Shown: in pieces, positions 23,006 to 36,700 of the stretch | How positions within the stretch are numbered: position 1 is the stretch's first letter | Layout: each line of letters opens with the position of its first letter | Assembly (NCBI RefSeq): GCF_000143415.4 | Contig: NW_003314275.1 | Span: forward strand, 2,275,419 to 2,339,418 | Origin: Selaginella moellendorffii | Taxonomy: Eukaryota; Plantae; Lycopodiophyta | Length of the DNA stretch: 64,000 nucleotides | Direction: 5' to 3' | Made by a program: the position numbers and the translations under genes | The notes under the pieces: model-generated | The model's database searches: none | What the model was told of the DNA's origin: nothing | Seen by the model: only the letters and a program-made list of their open reading frames with translations

Positions 23006-25195
23006 TTACATGCTGCTGGAGCTATCGTTTGGTGACGTGCTATTGCTAGGCCATTGCATTTGCACAGACGTGGGCGAGCTCCTAGTATGTTTCTTATCAT
23101 CATCGACCACTTCCACCTTCCTGATCGCCACCATCTGCTCCAGGTAGCGCTGCTTCCCCTCCTCCTCGATCGCACGAAGCCTCGCTGCCACATCCTTCAT
23201 GCATGGCCTGTCCTCCTTCTCCGTTGCCAGGCACTCAAACCCGAGCTCCGCCACGCACTCCACCATCCTCTGCCGCACGCTATCTTCCCCCGCCCCAAGC
23301 CGCGGATCCACCAGCTTGTCCAGCTCGCCGCACTGGATCCGCGACACCGCCAGCGCCGCCAGGTTGATCTCCTTCCTCTCCCTGGCCATGTCCACCGCCC
23401 GCTGCGACGACACGAGCTCCATGAGCACCACCCCGAGGCTGTAGACGTCGCTCTTGTCCGTGAGCTGGTAGCTCTGGTGGTAGTCTGGATCCAAGTAGCC
23501 GGGAGTTCCCTGTGGCGCGGTGGTGATGTGCGTGAGCTCCAGCGATGGGACGAGGCGGGAGAGGCCAAAGTCGCCCACTTTGCAGTGGTACCGCTCGTCC
23601 AGGAGGATGTTTGTGGACTTCACGTCGCGGTGGTAGCAGACGTTTGTGTGGAGGAAGGCGAGGGCCTCGGCGCACTGGACCGCGACAGTGAGGCGGGCGT
23701 CCCAGCCGAGGTAGTCGCGCGGGTTGTCGTAGAGGTGGTCGGCTAGAGTTCCATGGGCCACGAACTCGTAGACGAGGAGGAGCTCCTGCTCGATGCAGCA
23801 GCCGTAGAGCCGGACGAGGTGGGGATGAGTTACCTGTGTAGGAAAGACGATTGAAGTTAGCAAGTCTGGAGGATTCGTGCGTAGGGGAACGACTTGGTAC
23901 GAGATCAAATATGATCAAAGCAATATAAGTCAAGTGACAATGCATGAAACGAACAAGTCAGAGTAATGCAAGTCAAGAAGAATAAAGTGGCAATGTATGA
24001 AACGAGTGCTTGAAACGAAAAGATCAAGTCCGAGGTACGTATCCTATTCTTTATTCTAGGACAACTCATGAAAAGATGATGAACGAGAGGACACACAACA
24101 AAAAAAACCATGCAGTTCTTCCAAGAAAAGATGGAAAAGATGGAAAAGATTTTGTCATGAAAACTCGAGGTAAGCTTACCCGAGAGAGGATGGTAACCTC
24201 GTTGTCAAACTGGTACTTCCCCTGGGCATTCCAAGGATTGAGCTTCTTGACGGCCACCAGCCGGCCATCCCGGAGCTTCCCCTTGTAAACAGTCCCAAAC
24301 CCTCCATCTCCGAGCCGGCCATCCTCGGAGAAATTGTTGGTCGCCTCCTGGAGCTCCCTGTAGCTAAACCGGCTGCTATTGCTCCCACCATCGCCATTCT
24401 CCACAGTAACGCTCACGCTGCTACCGTAACTGTTGCTAGTGCCATAGCTCCCGCTGTTGTTGCTGTAGACAATCCGGCCACTCTTGGAGAGAAGCTGCGG
24501 CGGCGGCTGCTTTGGATCATCGCCCAGAATCAATCCTCGCTGCTTCGCTGCGAGCCGCCGCCGCCTCGCAACGCAGCACACGCATCCCAGCAAGACCAAG
24601 ACACCCAAGCCACCACCCACGGAGCCACCTTTAATAAGAAACAGAGAGATTTAGGCTCGATCGAGAGAGTGATAAGTTTCTCTTGCGTACCAACAATCGC
24701 TCCAGTCTTGCTCGTGCGCCCACTGCCCAAGCTCGGAGAACTTAGACTAGCGGACCGGGAGCAGTTGACGACGGTGGCCAGGTGCAGCTGCAAGAGGTTC
24801 GGGTTGCAAGAATCGTCTGGACCATCGAACTGGATCACGGCGTGATATCTAGACTCGTCCCCTGGGGGTGGAGACGTTATGTAGCAGCCAAGGCCGTCGC
24901 GCCATTCTCCAATCACTCGAATCCCGCAGGAAGTATCGATCCGGCAAGTACGAGCCGCGCAAGGAGGCGGCCGCAAGCGGTCGACCACCACAAAGGGGCC
25001 AAGGAATGCAACGATAGTGTAGCTTTCATTGCTTATGCGGACCTTGTCGTCCTCACAGCTGAGAAAGAATGGAGAGTCTTCGCAAGAGAACGGCGGTGGG
25101 ATCTCTAGCTGCCCACAGTTCCCCGGCTTGCATCCCTGGCCCGAGGTGCCATACAGCGCGAGAGCTAAGAGAAGCGCGATGGTGGCGCACAACAT
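23006..25195 (-). CDS. LRK10L/WAK-like receptor Ser/Thr kinase
   Basis: Signal peptide, Cys-rich ectodomain (CKPGNCGQLEIPPPFSC), TM helix, LGDGGFGTVYKG, VAVKKL, HRDVKSTNILLD, DFGLSRL, TAPQGTPGYLDPDY. Three exons. Confidence 0.93.
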
Positions 25196-26078
25196 CCCCT
25201 CGAATCCAAGTCGGAAACAGAAAGCTCCCCTGTTCGTGCTTCTCTCACCCGGAACTCGCTACCATCCCCAGGAGCAAGTGTCCCACGCGCAAACCCCGAC
25301 TTCGAGAGGAGTCAAACCTTCGCTCGCTTCTCCGGAGCGGATGATAGAACCTTCTTCCTGGAATGATAGATTGTCACTCACACTGGCGAGCATTTTCCTC
25401 CGTGCCATTTGGGTGGAGAAATTGCCCCACCGTCGTGGTTTCCACACGGATTAGCAGCCACGAAAGGAGGAGGAAGGCACTGCGCCGCCGGGACGATAGG
25501 ACCCTCCTTTTGTTGACTCCATGGCTCTTTCTAATTAACCTGGCATTGATTCCTTGACAGTGGACTAAAAACTATAAGTGCCTTTTATCTTTTGACCCGA
25601 CTCTTCGCGTGAAGCTTTTCTTCTGCCTATACATTATACAACACTTTTTTTCTTTTTGACAGTAGACAAAAAAGAAGTCACTCTCTTTCTTCTTCTTTTT
25701 TTTTGTTTTTTTGGTTCTTTGTAAACTATGACTTGGCATAGATCGTTGCTGCCAACATGAATGAAAGCCCCGTTCCTTGTTGTTGCTCTCGAGTGATATC
25801 ACCCGTGACAGCTTCTTCTTCCGGTCAGTCCTTCCCTTCGACGATTCAATGGCTTCTCCTCGAGGCGCTGACGGGCAGATTTGAGAGTTTGACACTCTCA
25901 AAGCTGTGATTTTTCTTTGCTAGCTCCCAACCTTGTCTTTTCTTCCATCCATCGCTATAAATTTGCCGATTCTACACATCCGAGCGTAACGAGAGTGAAG
26001 AGTAGAAGCCCACGCACGCTCTTGGACCTCGTCCTCTTCCATTTCCTCGCCTCCTACTTAGCTTCCATCTGCATTATA

Positions 26079-27988
26079 TCACAGGCTCAAACTCCTTGCC
26101 TGTTCTACGCCAGTAACCATTGCCGTGATGTTATTAGTTCCTTCGGCGGTCTCACCCGCCGCGAATCCAAAAAAGTCAGTCTCGTTCTGCAAATGCGCTG
26201 TTAGCCCCGAGCAAATCAAAGCCCAGAAAAGCTCTACTTACATTGTGCAGGAGCTTCGACACTGCTCCTCTCGAAAACTTTCTAGCGAACAAAAAGCAGG
26301 CTCTGGGAATGCCATTGCAGCTACACCATTCCGTCCGGCCTTCCGTTTCATACTTGACGCTGTGAATTCCCTGAAAACGGTTTTCCAGTGTCTAAGTTGC
26401 AATGCTAAACGAGATAACACACCTTAATGTCTTTGATTGTCTGTGCGGAGACGTCTGCCGTGTTGAAGGTAACCGGATGCCAACGATCGTTCTCGCGTCT
26501 GTCAGATGCCTTCCAGAGTGTGTAAGTCAGCGTTCTCCTCTCGATCTCGTTTTCCACTGTTTTGATCTATAATAAAGTATAGAGTTCAAATACAAGACAC
26601 GAGGAGCAAGCGTCAAACACACCGCCAACAAGGTCTGGATGTAATGCTCATCCGGAACGCAGTCGTTTTCCGAAGTAGTCTGCAAAAAAGCATCCCATAT
26701 GTCAGAGTGAAAACAAGCAGCCGCCATACCATTCCATATTTCCTTCCAGCTTGTGGTTGCATATCCCGCTGCGATCACAAACTTTTTTCAGTAAGAAAAC
26801 AAATAAACAACAACGACAAATATCCTGTTTCATTGCATGCTTCCTCTTTGTGCTTAAGCTAACCTTATGCTGATCATTTGGGACCGCTTTTTGCTTGAGT
26901 TGCGAGAACCTCTGCAAAGGAGCTCACAAACTAGCTTCGAAATGCTCTAACTCGACAAAGATCCATGGAGGTACTTATAAGTACTCTACCTTGCAATGCT
27001 CGTAGAATTTCAGCAGTATCCTAGAGTCCCCAACAACAATCTCTGCGTGCTTTCTCAGGAGCATGAACCACTGTGTCGAAGGAGGAAAGGACAGAGTCAA
27101 ACTTCCGAATAACGCTTGCGGAGCTTACCTGTGATCCTTTCCTCCATTTCTCATGTGTAACAGTCGGAAACATGCGAAAGTTATAGCGTGTGTTCTTGCT
27201 TTCGATAAAACTGAGAAAAAAAACCGGTCTTCATATCATGTAGAGTGTGTCGCATTTACCTGTCAACAAAACTCTTCGGAGACGAAGTTATATACTTATA
27301 GATGTAATTAAAACTGTATAGAGGTATGCAGCTGGAACATCGCGAGATAAAACTGATCAGAATAAAGCAGCGTTGAAAATCAAAAAGGTCACCTATCGGA
27401 CAGTAAAACAAAATGAGAAAGAGAAGCATCCTGTAGAGCTCTATGGAGTAAAATACGCTCAGCATCGATCATACTCGCCTCACCCCACTCCACCTGCAAA
27501 AATGATGTGATCAAATGGGTGAAAAAGAAAAGGAAGAAAAGGTGATGCTACCATGACACTATTGTTGATCTGCCGGTTCCAGAAGAAAGAAGACTCGGTG
27601 TTTGTGGCATCGTAGACAAATCCAGGCCGAGCGTGAATATAGATGCTATACAAGTGTTCTTGAGCACCCTGAGAGAAGAACAAGAAAAAAGAATGAGCAA
27701 CTGTGCTGTGACTGTAAACGAAGAAAGGAAAATGCGCAAGACAATCTATACCTTGAAGAAAAGGTCCCAAACTTCTTCAACAGCTAAACGATTGCGAGCT
27801 AGAAACAAGAGAGCGATCCTCGGCGCACCGATCTTCTCAGGCACGGTGGCACGAATGCTGGCCGCGGGCATCGGCATTGTGCCCGGGGAAGATGGAAATC
27901 TGAGACCGCACAGCGCTAGGAAGAATAACAAGGCGAGCACGGAGATCCTCCACTTCCATCGGTGAAATATCGACGGCCTCTTCTTCAT
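26079..27988 (-). CDS. Core-2/I-branching beta-1,6-GlcNAc-transferase family (DUF266/BC10-like) glycosyltransferase
   Basis: N-terminal anchor, RIALLFLAR, LYSIYIHARPG, CIPLYSFNYIYKYI, WRKGSQWFML, CVPDEHYIQTLL, CFLFARKFS. The 3' end is approximate. Confidence 0.9.
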
Positions 27989-28639
27989 GGCTGGCGTCCT
28001 AGAGGCCGCGATCCATCCACGGCGTCCCCTTGTTGTCCCTACCTCTCGGATCTCCCGATCGTCTCCTCAAAGACGCCCGTGGCGTGCTATCTCGGAGGAC
28101 TCCGCCATGGAAATAGGAATTAGGGCTCCACCAGATTATTTTAGATGCTCTGTTTTAGGGCATTAACGCAAAAGTTTTTTTTAAAGGTCATGAGAATCTA
28201 ACGAATTCTAGTTAATAATATCTAGTAAATGAAGAAAAAAATGTTACAAAAGAAAGAAAATTTTGCAAAATAATAATTGGTTTTGAGGAGAGAATGATTT
28301 ACATCTTTAGTGCAGATTTTGTAACATCATACCTAAAGCTCTTGGAGGGTTCTTGTTTGAAGAGATTATTTATATCTATCTCTCTTTTATTTGTATTGGA
28401 ATGTAAAGACTGCTTTTAGAATATTCAAGCATAATCTAAGATATTCTAGCACATTCTTTCATCTGATTTAAATTCACTAAGCCACAAAAGAAAAGGTTAG
28501 ATTTTGTGTAGTGAGTAGTGAGAGGTTTCTGAGAGGATGTAGCCCCAGAATCTCCCACTAGCATTATACTTCTTTGCAAAACACTCTAATGCATGATGAA
28601 GGTATTGTGTTGGTTTCTGAAACTTTTGCTTATGAGCTG

Positions 28640-28800
28640 AAAGCGTGGCAGACTTGTACATTGTGAAATCAATCCACTCATACATCCAGAATGCTGGACT
28701 TCAGCACAACAAGGCCATGGCAAGCTCTTTAATTAGTAATTACAAAAACCTCAAGTTGCAAATATTTGATTCTTTGTCGAGAAAGGGATACAGCTATGTG
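28640..28800 (+). pseudogene. PPR gene remnant
   Basis: DLYIVKSIHSYIQNAGLQHNKAMASSLISNYK resembles a PLS L-type motif, set in AT-rich decayed sequence. Confidence 0.4.
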
Positions 28801-31384
28801 AAGCAGGTAATCTATTTCATCAAGGAAACAGAACTTCTCCAGGTAAACAAAATCCCCTGAGCACTATACAGTGGACATTATAGCTTGAGGAACCTATCTT
28901 GACAAGGCAATAATATTTCCACTTGAAAGTAATGATTTAGAAAGTCATGTTTTTTGCAAGTAGAAAATGGAGCAATGTGGAAAGAGCTGACAAAAGAGGA
29001 CTTGGTGGAGTTTGGAGACTTGAAGTTTTCACACCTAGCTAAAGGAGGGTTTATAAAACTTTGAGAATTTAATGGCAATGAGCTAAAATAGACAATCCCC
29101 ATCCATTGGCACAAAGCTATATATTTCATGCAAGCTAATTAGCTTATCAGCTCCCTTAAGAACTAAGGAGCACCAGTTCTGGTTAAAGTGTTGTTTCCTA
29201 GATTTAATACACTATAAAGTTTCAAGTGAACTCCCTTGGATCTATCTAATCAACAAACTTTCCACAATTTATATAAATCTAATATATTATGAATGATAAT
29301 TTAGAAAGGCTATACTTTACCAAGAATATATATTTTAATGTCTATAGCACTGCCAGCTTTTAGTTTGTATAAAATATTTCTCAAATTCTTAAAAACAATT
29401 TTAAAAAAAACAAATATTGCAACAAAACTTCTAATAGGTCTAGGGTGGTCAAAATTAACTACAGTATAGTAATGGGAGAACTTGGGAACTAGTGTGACAA
29501 AAGAAAGCCATACTGCTTTCCAAAATTAATGACTATGAAGACATACACTATATGTGAGATTACTTAAAGATAATTGAGTTTTGATTATTAAAGAATTCAA
29601 TATTTCTTCATAGAATTGGGTGTGGTGTTTATCGTGTAAGACACAAATCCCTAAGTTCCAAAATGGAGCCTAAAATGTGCCATGTGGTAATGGCCAAAAC
29701 AAAAGCCAAACAAATATAACATGTTTAAACTAAAAGCTCTAACTCAAAAAATTGAAAGCAAGAATAAAACTCCTAAGGAAGTGTTCAAGAAACAAATTCG
29801 AGTCTAAGCAAGAATAAAACTTCTAAAAAAGTGTTTAAGGAACAAGTCTAAATTCAAATTCAAGTCTAATGGTGAAAGCCTAAAGCAATCGTGTTCCAGA
29901 CCCTAAGGGGTTTAGTGAGTGATGATATAAACACTAGAGAATCTAAAGGTTAAAATGAATATAGATAAACAAATGGGGTGATGGTAAAATGTTTAAGAGC
30001 TGACTCTAGCTCTCCCTAGAGATTAGATAGTCAATACTCTTAATTTAAGTGTGGGTGGCATTATCTACTTGCATACCTTCTATGGTTTGTTAGAACCTTA
30101 CTTTAGTTAAATGGCTAGGGCACCTTAGTAGTAGAAAGTAAGGGGAGTATTTATGAGACTTGTTTGGGTCCTAGATCAATGGTGGTGTTAGCGAGCATTA
30201 CTATAGACAAGGCACTCTAGTAGCAAAAGGTGTAGGGAGTACCCATTAGACTTGTTTAAGCCTTAAATCAATGGTGGTGTTAGTGAGTATTGAATAGATG
30301 GATTTAATGGGGACTGTAAGTTCTTGAATTTAAATTTTGATAAGACCATATTGTGGGTGGTCTTGGAGTACCAATGGACAATATAACTTTAATGCAATAG
30401 GCTGAAATATTGGTGGTACCTTTGAGTGTTTAAAATGAAATTAAACACATGAAACACTTAGATTAAGTGCAGAACTAATATGGTCTTGAGATCACATCTA
30501 GGGGTAAGCAAGTACCCCAAAGTAGATGATGACCTATGAAAGTTATAAGTGAAACTACTTCAAAAGGATATAGTTATGATTAAGTGACTAAAGTAGAATG
30601 AAAAATTTAATTAATTACACATTGCTCCTCTAGGAAATTTGATCAATTACATAAAGTTGTGGAGTGTTAGTATTTAAAGGAAAAAAAAGTATTAACCTCT
30701 ATAAAAGATACTTTAGAACTAAGTGAAAAAGTTTAAAAAAAAAAAAAAAAACATAACTACTTATATAAAGAAACTTATATGAAATTCTTGAAATACTTTT
30801 TCTACTTTATATAAATTTAAATAATAATTTAATAACCTAAACTAGAATATTTAGAAAAGTTAAAGTATTAATTTTTTATTAATTAAAATATATAACTGTA
30901 TAAATAGTAAAATATATGGGTGAAATTATTTACCTAAAATGTTAATCAAAGGATAATATAATTTATGATCAAATATTAGAAGATATGAAATAAGCTGAGT
31001 GAGAATTTAATCTTAATGTTGGTGAAAGTACAAAATTTTTGTGTGATGCATATTGGAGATTTAGTAAAATATTATTTATTGCATATAGGTATATAAAGAT
31101 TATAAAACAAATATGGCATAATTTTCATAATGGTATATTCAATTTTAATAGTTCAAATCACCAAGTTAATTCACCCTCTTACTCCTTTATGTAGAATTAA
31201 TTTAATTTATAAATGTACATTTAATTTATTTTATAATGCAGTTCTTATTTACTATGAAGAGAAATTTGAAGCATATTAGAGAAAGAAAGGAATATATGAA
31301 TGAAAATAATTTAAATATAAATTTTTATGGTGGATATGTTATAAAATAAAAATAAATTATAAGAGCATGTAATTTCAAAAACAT

Positions 31385-32230
31385 TGACAGTTTTATTAGA
31401 ATTATGTTACAAAAAAGTGGATCTTAATTTTAGAACTAGTTATTTTTATAATAAAAAGTATATATATGATGATAATGGTAATTAATTTTAATAATGGTAA
31501 TGGTATTATAATAAAAAGATACAAGAAAAATTCTGATCGTTTTTTTACTTTTTCTCATGTTTTTTTTACCCAATAATTTTTGGAATAATAAAAATTACTA
31601 TATATCTCAAGAAGACTTAAATATGCATTTTAACAGCTCAATCAAATAATTTACCATAAAAAGGCGGGAAAGTCTTCTTTCAACTGTGTGATTTTCTCAA
31701 AAAGTATATATATGATGATAATGGTAATTAATTCTCACTCAATGTTGTGAAAAAAAATCATGCTTTCCCTGCTGAAGCGGTGTCACCAAGTGTCACCAAG
31801 TGAGGGGTGACAATATTGACAGTTTTATTAGAATTAAGTTACAAAAAAGTGGATCTTAATTTTAGAACTAGTTATTTTTATAATAAAAAGTATATATATG
31901 ATGATAATGGGTGAATGATTTTAATTACTTTTATCAGTGGGCTGAAGAGACTATACACGAAACTACTTAAGAATGCTCCTCACATCAGTTACCTTCTCTA
32001 TTTCACTTCTATATGATAGAATCTATATTATATACTCTCATTGTATAGCTTAGCTAATGAACAAGAGTGGTTTCAAAATCTAATATTCAAAAAATCTTAA
32101 TTACTATATACATAAAATCATTGATTTTTTTTTATCTTATGAATTGCATAGCTTGCAAAAGTACCAGGTGGCAATTGTTTACCTAGATTACTTTTATCAA
32201 TATTGTGAAAAAAAATCATGCTTTCCCTGC
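31385..32230 (+). repeat. Local dispersed duplications in an AT-rich region
   Basis: About 95 bp attgacagttttattagaatt...gatgataatgg at ~31385 and ~31815. ttgtgaaaaaaaatcatgctttccctgctg at ~31745 and ~32203. Confidence 0.75.
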
Positions 32231-32577
32231 TGTTTAGTATTTTTCTCAAATTATTTTTGTTGCGCTTGGCAGTACGTATCATGGATAATCTCTGGTTGCC
32301 GAAGGTGGAACCCAGTGTCTCGTCTGTCACGAGTATTAACATCATTGAATCATTGACAAGTACAATAATTTGCTGACGTGATTTTATTGGAACTCACAAA
32401 AAAGTTGATAGTCAGAAACAAACTTTTCTCTGTTTTCAACAAACTTTGGGCGTGGAATGTGCCAAGCACGTCCACAACCGATTCTTCTGCCCATTCGCAC
32501 AGTCTTCCTGCTTCCTATAACCCCAACAAGATCTTGGACGTCAGATTTAACCTTCTCTCGACCTTTATGCAGATTCT

Positions 32578-33474
32578 TTAACAAGTTATTCCATTTCCTT
32601 TTAATGCTGGAAATAGATCCAGTACCTCATACGTTTCACCAGAGGGCTGAAGTTGCACAAAAGAAAGATCTTCGGAAGTAAAACTTGTCACAACTTCCTG
32701 CCTTGCATAATGATTCCTCAATGGCGGAGGAGCAATGCCCAGCTCAATTCCTTCCACATTTGCGCTATCCCTCAGCTTGGCAAGCTTTCCCGCAGGACTT
32801 TTGACAACCTCCCCCCTGCCACCTTTTCTCTTTCCACCAGTGGCGAGGCTGAGGCTGAGGCTGAGACCAACAATCTCCTCCGAGATCTCCATCCCAGCGT
32901 CGTCTGATCTCATCTCAGAAACTGGCAATGCTTGTCCTCGAAAACCGCTGCTCGATGCAGACCTCGAGTCGAGCGTAAGGGTGTAGCCCTCGCCCGGATG
33001 CTGCACAATGTATCTCAGCTTGCACCCGATGCTGCAAAACTTGAACTTCCCGTTTTCCAGATCCGCGATCTCCTCGGGCGTCCGGTGCTTTTCCTTGCCG
33101 GTGGAGTGCCTCCGGCCACACGAGATGCAGATTTGGGCCTTCCCCTGCGGGTTCTGCTGGTTGGACGTTGGGCGGTCGATGTAAACGCCGAACTTGAAGT
33201 TGCAGTAGTACCACTGCACGTCGCTCACGTCCAGGAGGTGTTTGATCTCATCGACCCTGATGGACATCTGCCGCGAGGATTTGAGGATCTTGACGATTTC
33301 GTGGTGGTTGTCGTCATGGCACGCATCGCAGACGACGTCCTCGCAGCGAGTGCAGAAGTTCTTGAAGGTGCGAGAGCACACGCACTTCAGGCCCAGTTGA
33401 TTCTCGGGCCGCGTGATGCGAGCCAAGGAAATCAGCATTGGCAGCCACTTTGGACCTTGGCTCTTTGTATCCAT
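32578..33474 (-). CDS. Divergent intronless PLATZ zinc-dependent transcription factor
   Basis: PKWL...NFCTRC...CDACH...HH...IRVDEIKHLLDVSDVQWY...RP...CISCGR...FCSIGCKL. Confidence 0.85.
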   Translation of the reverse strand: MDTKSQGPKWLPMLISLARITRPENQLGLKCVCSRTFKNFCTRCEDVVCDACHDDNHHEIVKILKSSRQMSIRVDEIKHLLDVSDVQWYYCNFKFGVYIDRPTSNQQNPQGKAQICISCGRRHSTGKEKHRTPEEIADLENGKFKFCSIGCKLRYIVQHPGEGYTLTLDSRSASSSGFRGQALPVSEMRSDDAGMEISEEIVGLSLSLSLATGGKRKGGRGEVVKSPAGKLAKLRDSANVEGIELGIAPPPLRNHYARQEVVTSFTSEDLSFVQLQPSGETYEVLDLFPALKGNGITC

Positions 33475-33725
33475 TAACGCTACCCTAGGAAAAGAAAGCG
33501 TTCAATATATACAGTACTTTCAAAGGGATTGCAAAAAGGAAGCACTATTTTAGTAAAATATATTATCGGAATCTATCCACCGGAATAATTAAACCTTTTT
33601 GATAAACGAGAACGAGAAAATTTTTCCTAAGATTATCGCCGTGTTCTTTGACTCTATTTTATTGAACTCGGCTGCTGCTCTGACGAGACGTTCCTACACT
33701 ACCTCAGTGACAACAAAAACGGTGC

Positions 33726-36700
33726 TCACTTGCCACCACCGCTTTGAGCCCAGTACTCTTTGACAAGCTTTGCAAACAGAGAGTCCGGATTCTGGAGAAG
33801 CTTTTGAGGACTCTCGTACTCTGCCAATCGACCTGTTCGGTTCTCGAGGTTTAGAAATCCGAGAGCACAAAAGAGACAAAAAAAAAACTGCCACTTACCA
33901 TCGTGCAGTGCCATAACTCTATCGCTGTCAATCACCGTTGGTATCCTGTGAGCGACCGTCACCACGGTGCACGAAGCAAACTCCTCCCGTATGACTTTCT
34001 GGAGGACTGCATCCGTGGTTGAATCGATAGAGGCCGTAGCTTCGTCCAGAACCAGAATTCGCGACCGTCGGAGGAGAACACGACCGAGACAAAACAGCTG
34101 CCTCTGCCCCGCGCTCCAGTTTCCACCCTCATCAGCCACTACAAAGGCACGTCATTAACAAAACCAGGGGAAAATGGAGACTTTATAGTACCTCCTGATT
34201 CAAGTTGTTCCGGCAGAGATCGGATCACGTCACCCATTTGACATTTGTCAAGAGTCTGAAGAAAATTCTGCTTAACACAAAGAAAAAAAAGGTTGAAACA
34301 AACTTACCTCCCATATTTCCTGGTCAGAATAAGAACCGAGCGGATCCAAGTTCGACCGTACTGTTCCACGGAAGAGCGTTGGTTCCTGAGGTATGATCCC
34401 CAACTTCGTTCGCAAATCCCGAAGCCCGATAGAGCATATGTCGATTCCGTCGATTAGAATTGTTCCACCGACTGGCTCCACAAGACGAAACAAAGCTCCA
34501 ATCAGCGTCGTCTTCCCACTGCCGGTTCTCCCAACAACACCAACTTTGTGGCCTCCTTGAATGGTGCAGCTGATTCCTCTGAGCACCAGAGGCGAGTTTG
34601 GCCGGTACCGGATCTAAAAAAAATGTTTCGCGTCATGCTCGGACTGAAATAGCTTTATTACCTGAAGTTTTTCCAGTACGATCTCTCCCTTGCTAGGCCA
34701 TTCAGGAGGTGGTCGGTTGTTCTCAATAATAGGTGGAGCCTCAACTGGGACATTCATGTATTGCTTGATACGCTCGACTGAGACAATGGTGTTGGCTAAC
34801 TGGCAGTACCATTGTGTGAGAACCACAAGACTAATGTTCACGAGAGCTCCATATGAAAGTCCCATACCAGCAAGGCCTGAAAATACATGAAACGGTTGTG
34901 ATACATGGATGTGGGATGGAGTTTTACATACCTGGGCCGATGTCGAAAGTCGACAGCATTATACCAAAAATGCACAGCAGCACAGTCCCGCACGATTCTA
35001 CACGTAGCACAAGCCATTCCATCACCGAATAGTTATGCATATATAGAGAAACATCCTTGTCGAGAAGGACCAAGTTCTTCCGCCTGAACTCGTCTGCTAC
35101 TCCGAAAGCTCGAATCGAAGTAACGCCGTTAATAGTCTCGCCAGACATGTTGACAATTGGTGCTTTCGTCATAGCGTTCAGCCTCATGAGCGACTGTGCA
35201 GTGGAGCGGAAGTATTTCTGCCAAATCACAAATTTTAGCGCCAACAACAAAATTAAAAACTAACAACAGTTACCTCGACTCGTTTGATCATGTACAACAT
35301 CGGTATGACGAAGACGAAGTACGGCCAGACCACGTAAATCAGTATGATGAAAACGCTGGGAAGATCAAACAGGAACCCGATTATGATGTTCGAGATTTGG
35401 TTGAGGTCGATGTCCAGTAAACTCATGTCATTCGAGGCCTGATCCAGACTCACCCGTAAGCTCACGGAAAAAGGGAAAAACGGAGACTTACCCTGCTCAG
35501 AATCCTTCCTGTCGGTGTTGAATCGAAGAAGGACATCGGCGCCTTGAACAGAGAATCCATCAATCTGTAGAAGAACTCCCTAGAAGCCTTAAGCCCCATA
35601 GCAATATGAGCTCTCATCCTTATGATAAAACAAAAGCTCGTCGACCAGGAGATCAAAGTGTATCCACCAACAAGCAGCTTCGCATTGATGTCCGGATTCT
35701 GAACCTGGATTGCGAGATATAAACTTGCGGCAGCCTGACCAGCAACCAGACCCGCCTGCGCGACTAGATCCACAATGAAGAAAAATCTCGCCTTGGAGAT
35801 TGTCAGATAATCCTTGTAAGGCTGGAGACCCAGGTCTCCAACCCCCATCTCTTCCTTCTCGGTCAGTTGAGAAGCCGTGAACGATTCGCTATGATCTTGC
35901 TGCTTTTTGCTGGAATTCCTTCTTACGATACTGATGTGCCTCTTGAACTCAGGGTCTTTGTTAGATTTGCTTTCACTCATCTGCTGCTCCTGCTGCTGAT
36001 TGTTGAAGTTATCCAAAGCCTCCTTGTGAGCATTGACAAGCTTCTCAAACGCGAGACCTGACTCAACTAGTTCGTCATAGTTACCACTCTGTAAGACTTC
36101 GCCATCTTGCATCACCTGCACACGGAAGTCGTTTGTGAGCTTGAGCTTATAATTCTGAAAAATCAAAACACTCACCAAAATCTTGTCAACCGCAGGTAGG
36201 AACTCTACTTGATGAGTAACGAGCAACACAGTTTTACCAGCCAATGCTTTCATAACGCAATCCTGTTAAAACCCCTTTAGTAAACCAGAAAAGAAATCTC
36301 AGGAACTTACATGAAAGAGAGTTGCAGCTGTGTGAGCATCCACAGCACTGAAAGGATCATCCAGAAAATAGATATCCGAGTCGTAATACACCGCCCGAGC
36401 AAGTTGAATTCTCTGCTTCTGGCCACCGCTGAGATTTAGCCCCCTCTCGCCAATCTCAGTCTTGTCACCATGCGGAAGTATCTTCAAGTCGGATTCAAGA
36501 GCGCAAGCCTTGAGAACGTTCTGGTATTTCTGCTCGTCATAAGGTTTGCCAAATACCACATTGTCTCTTATCGTGCCAGTTTGGATCCATGCAGACTGAG
36601 AGACATAAGCCACTGTCCCATAGAGTTGCACCTACAGGAAAGAAAAAAAAAACACAATGAAAGAAAGATTCGTCAAACGTAAATAGAACATTAACTTACT

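Noticed and set aside
29750-30290. Degenerate tandem units (~50 bp and ~90 bp) in the AT-rich region as a defined element
   Set aside because: Probably TE remnants, but no termini, TSD or coding motifs support a call.
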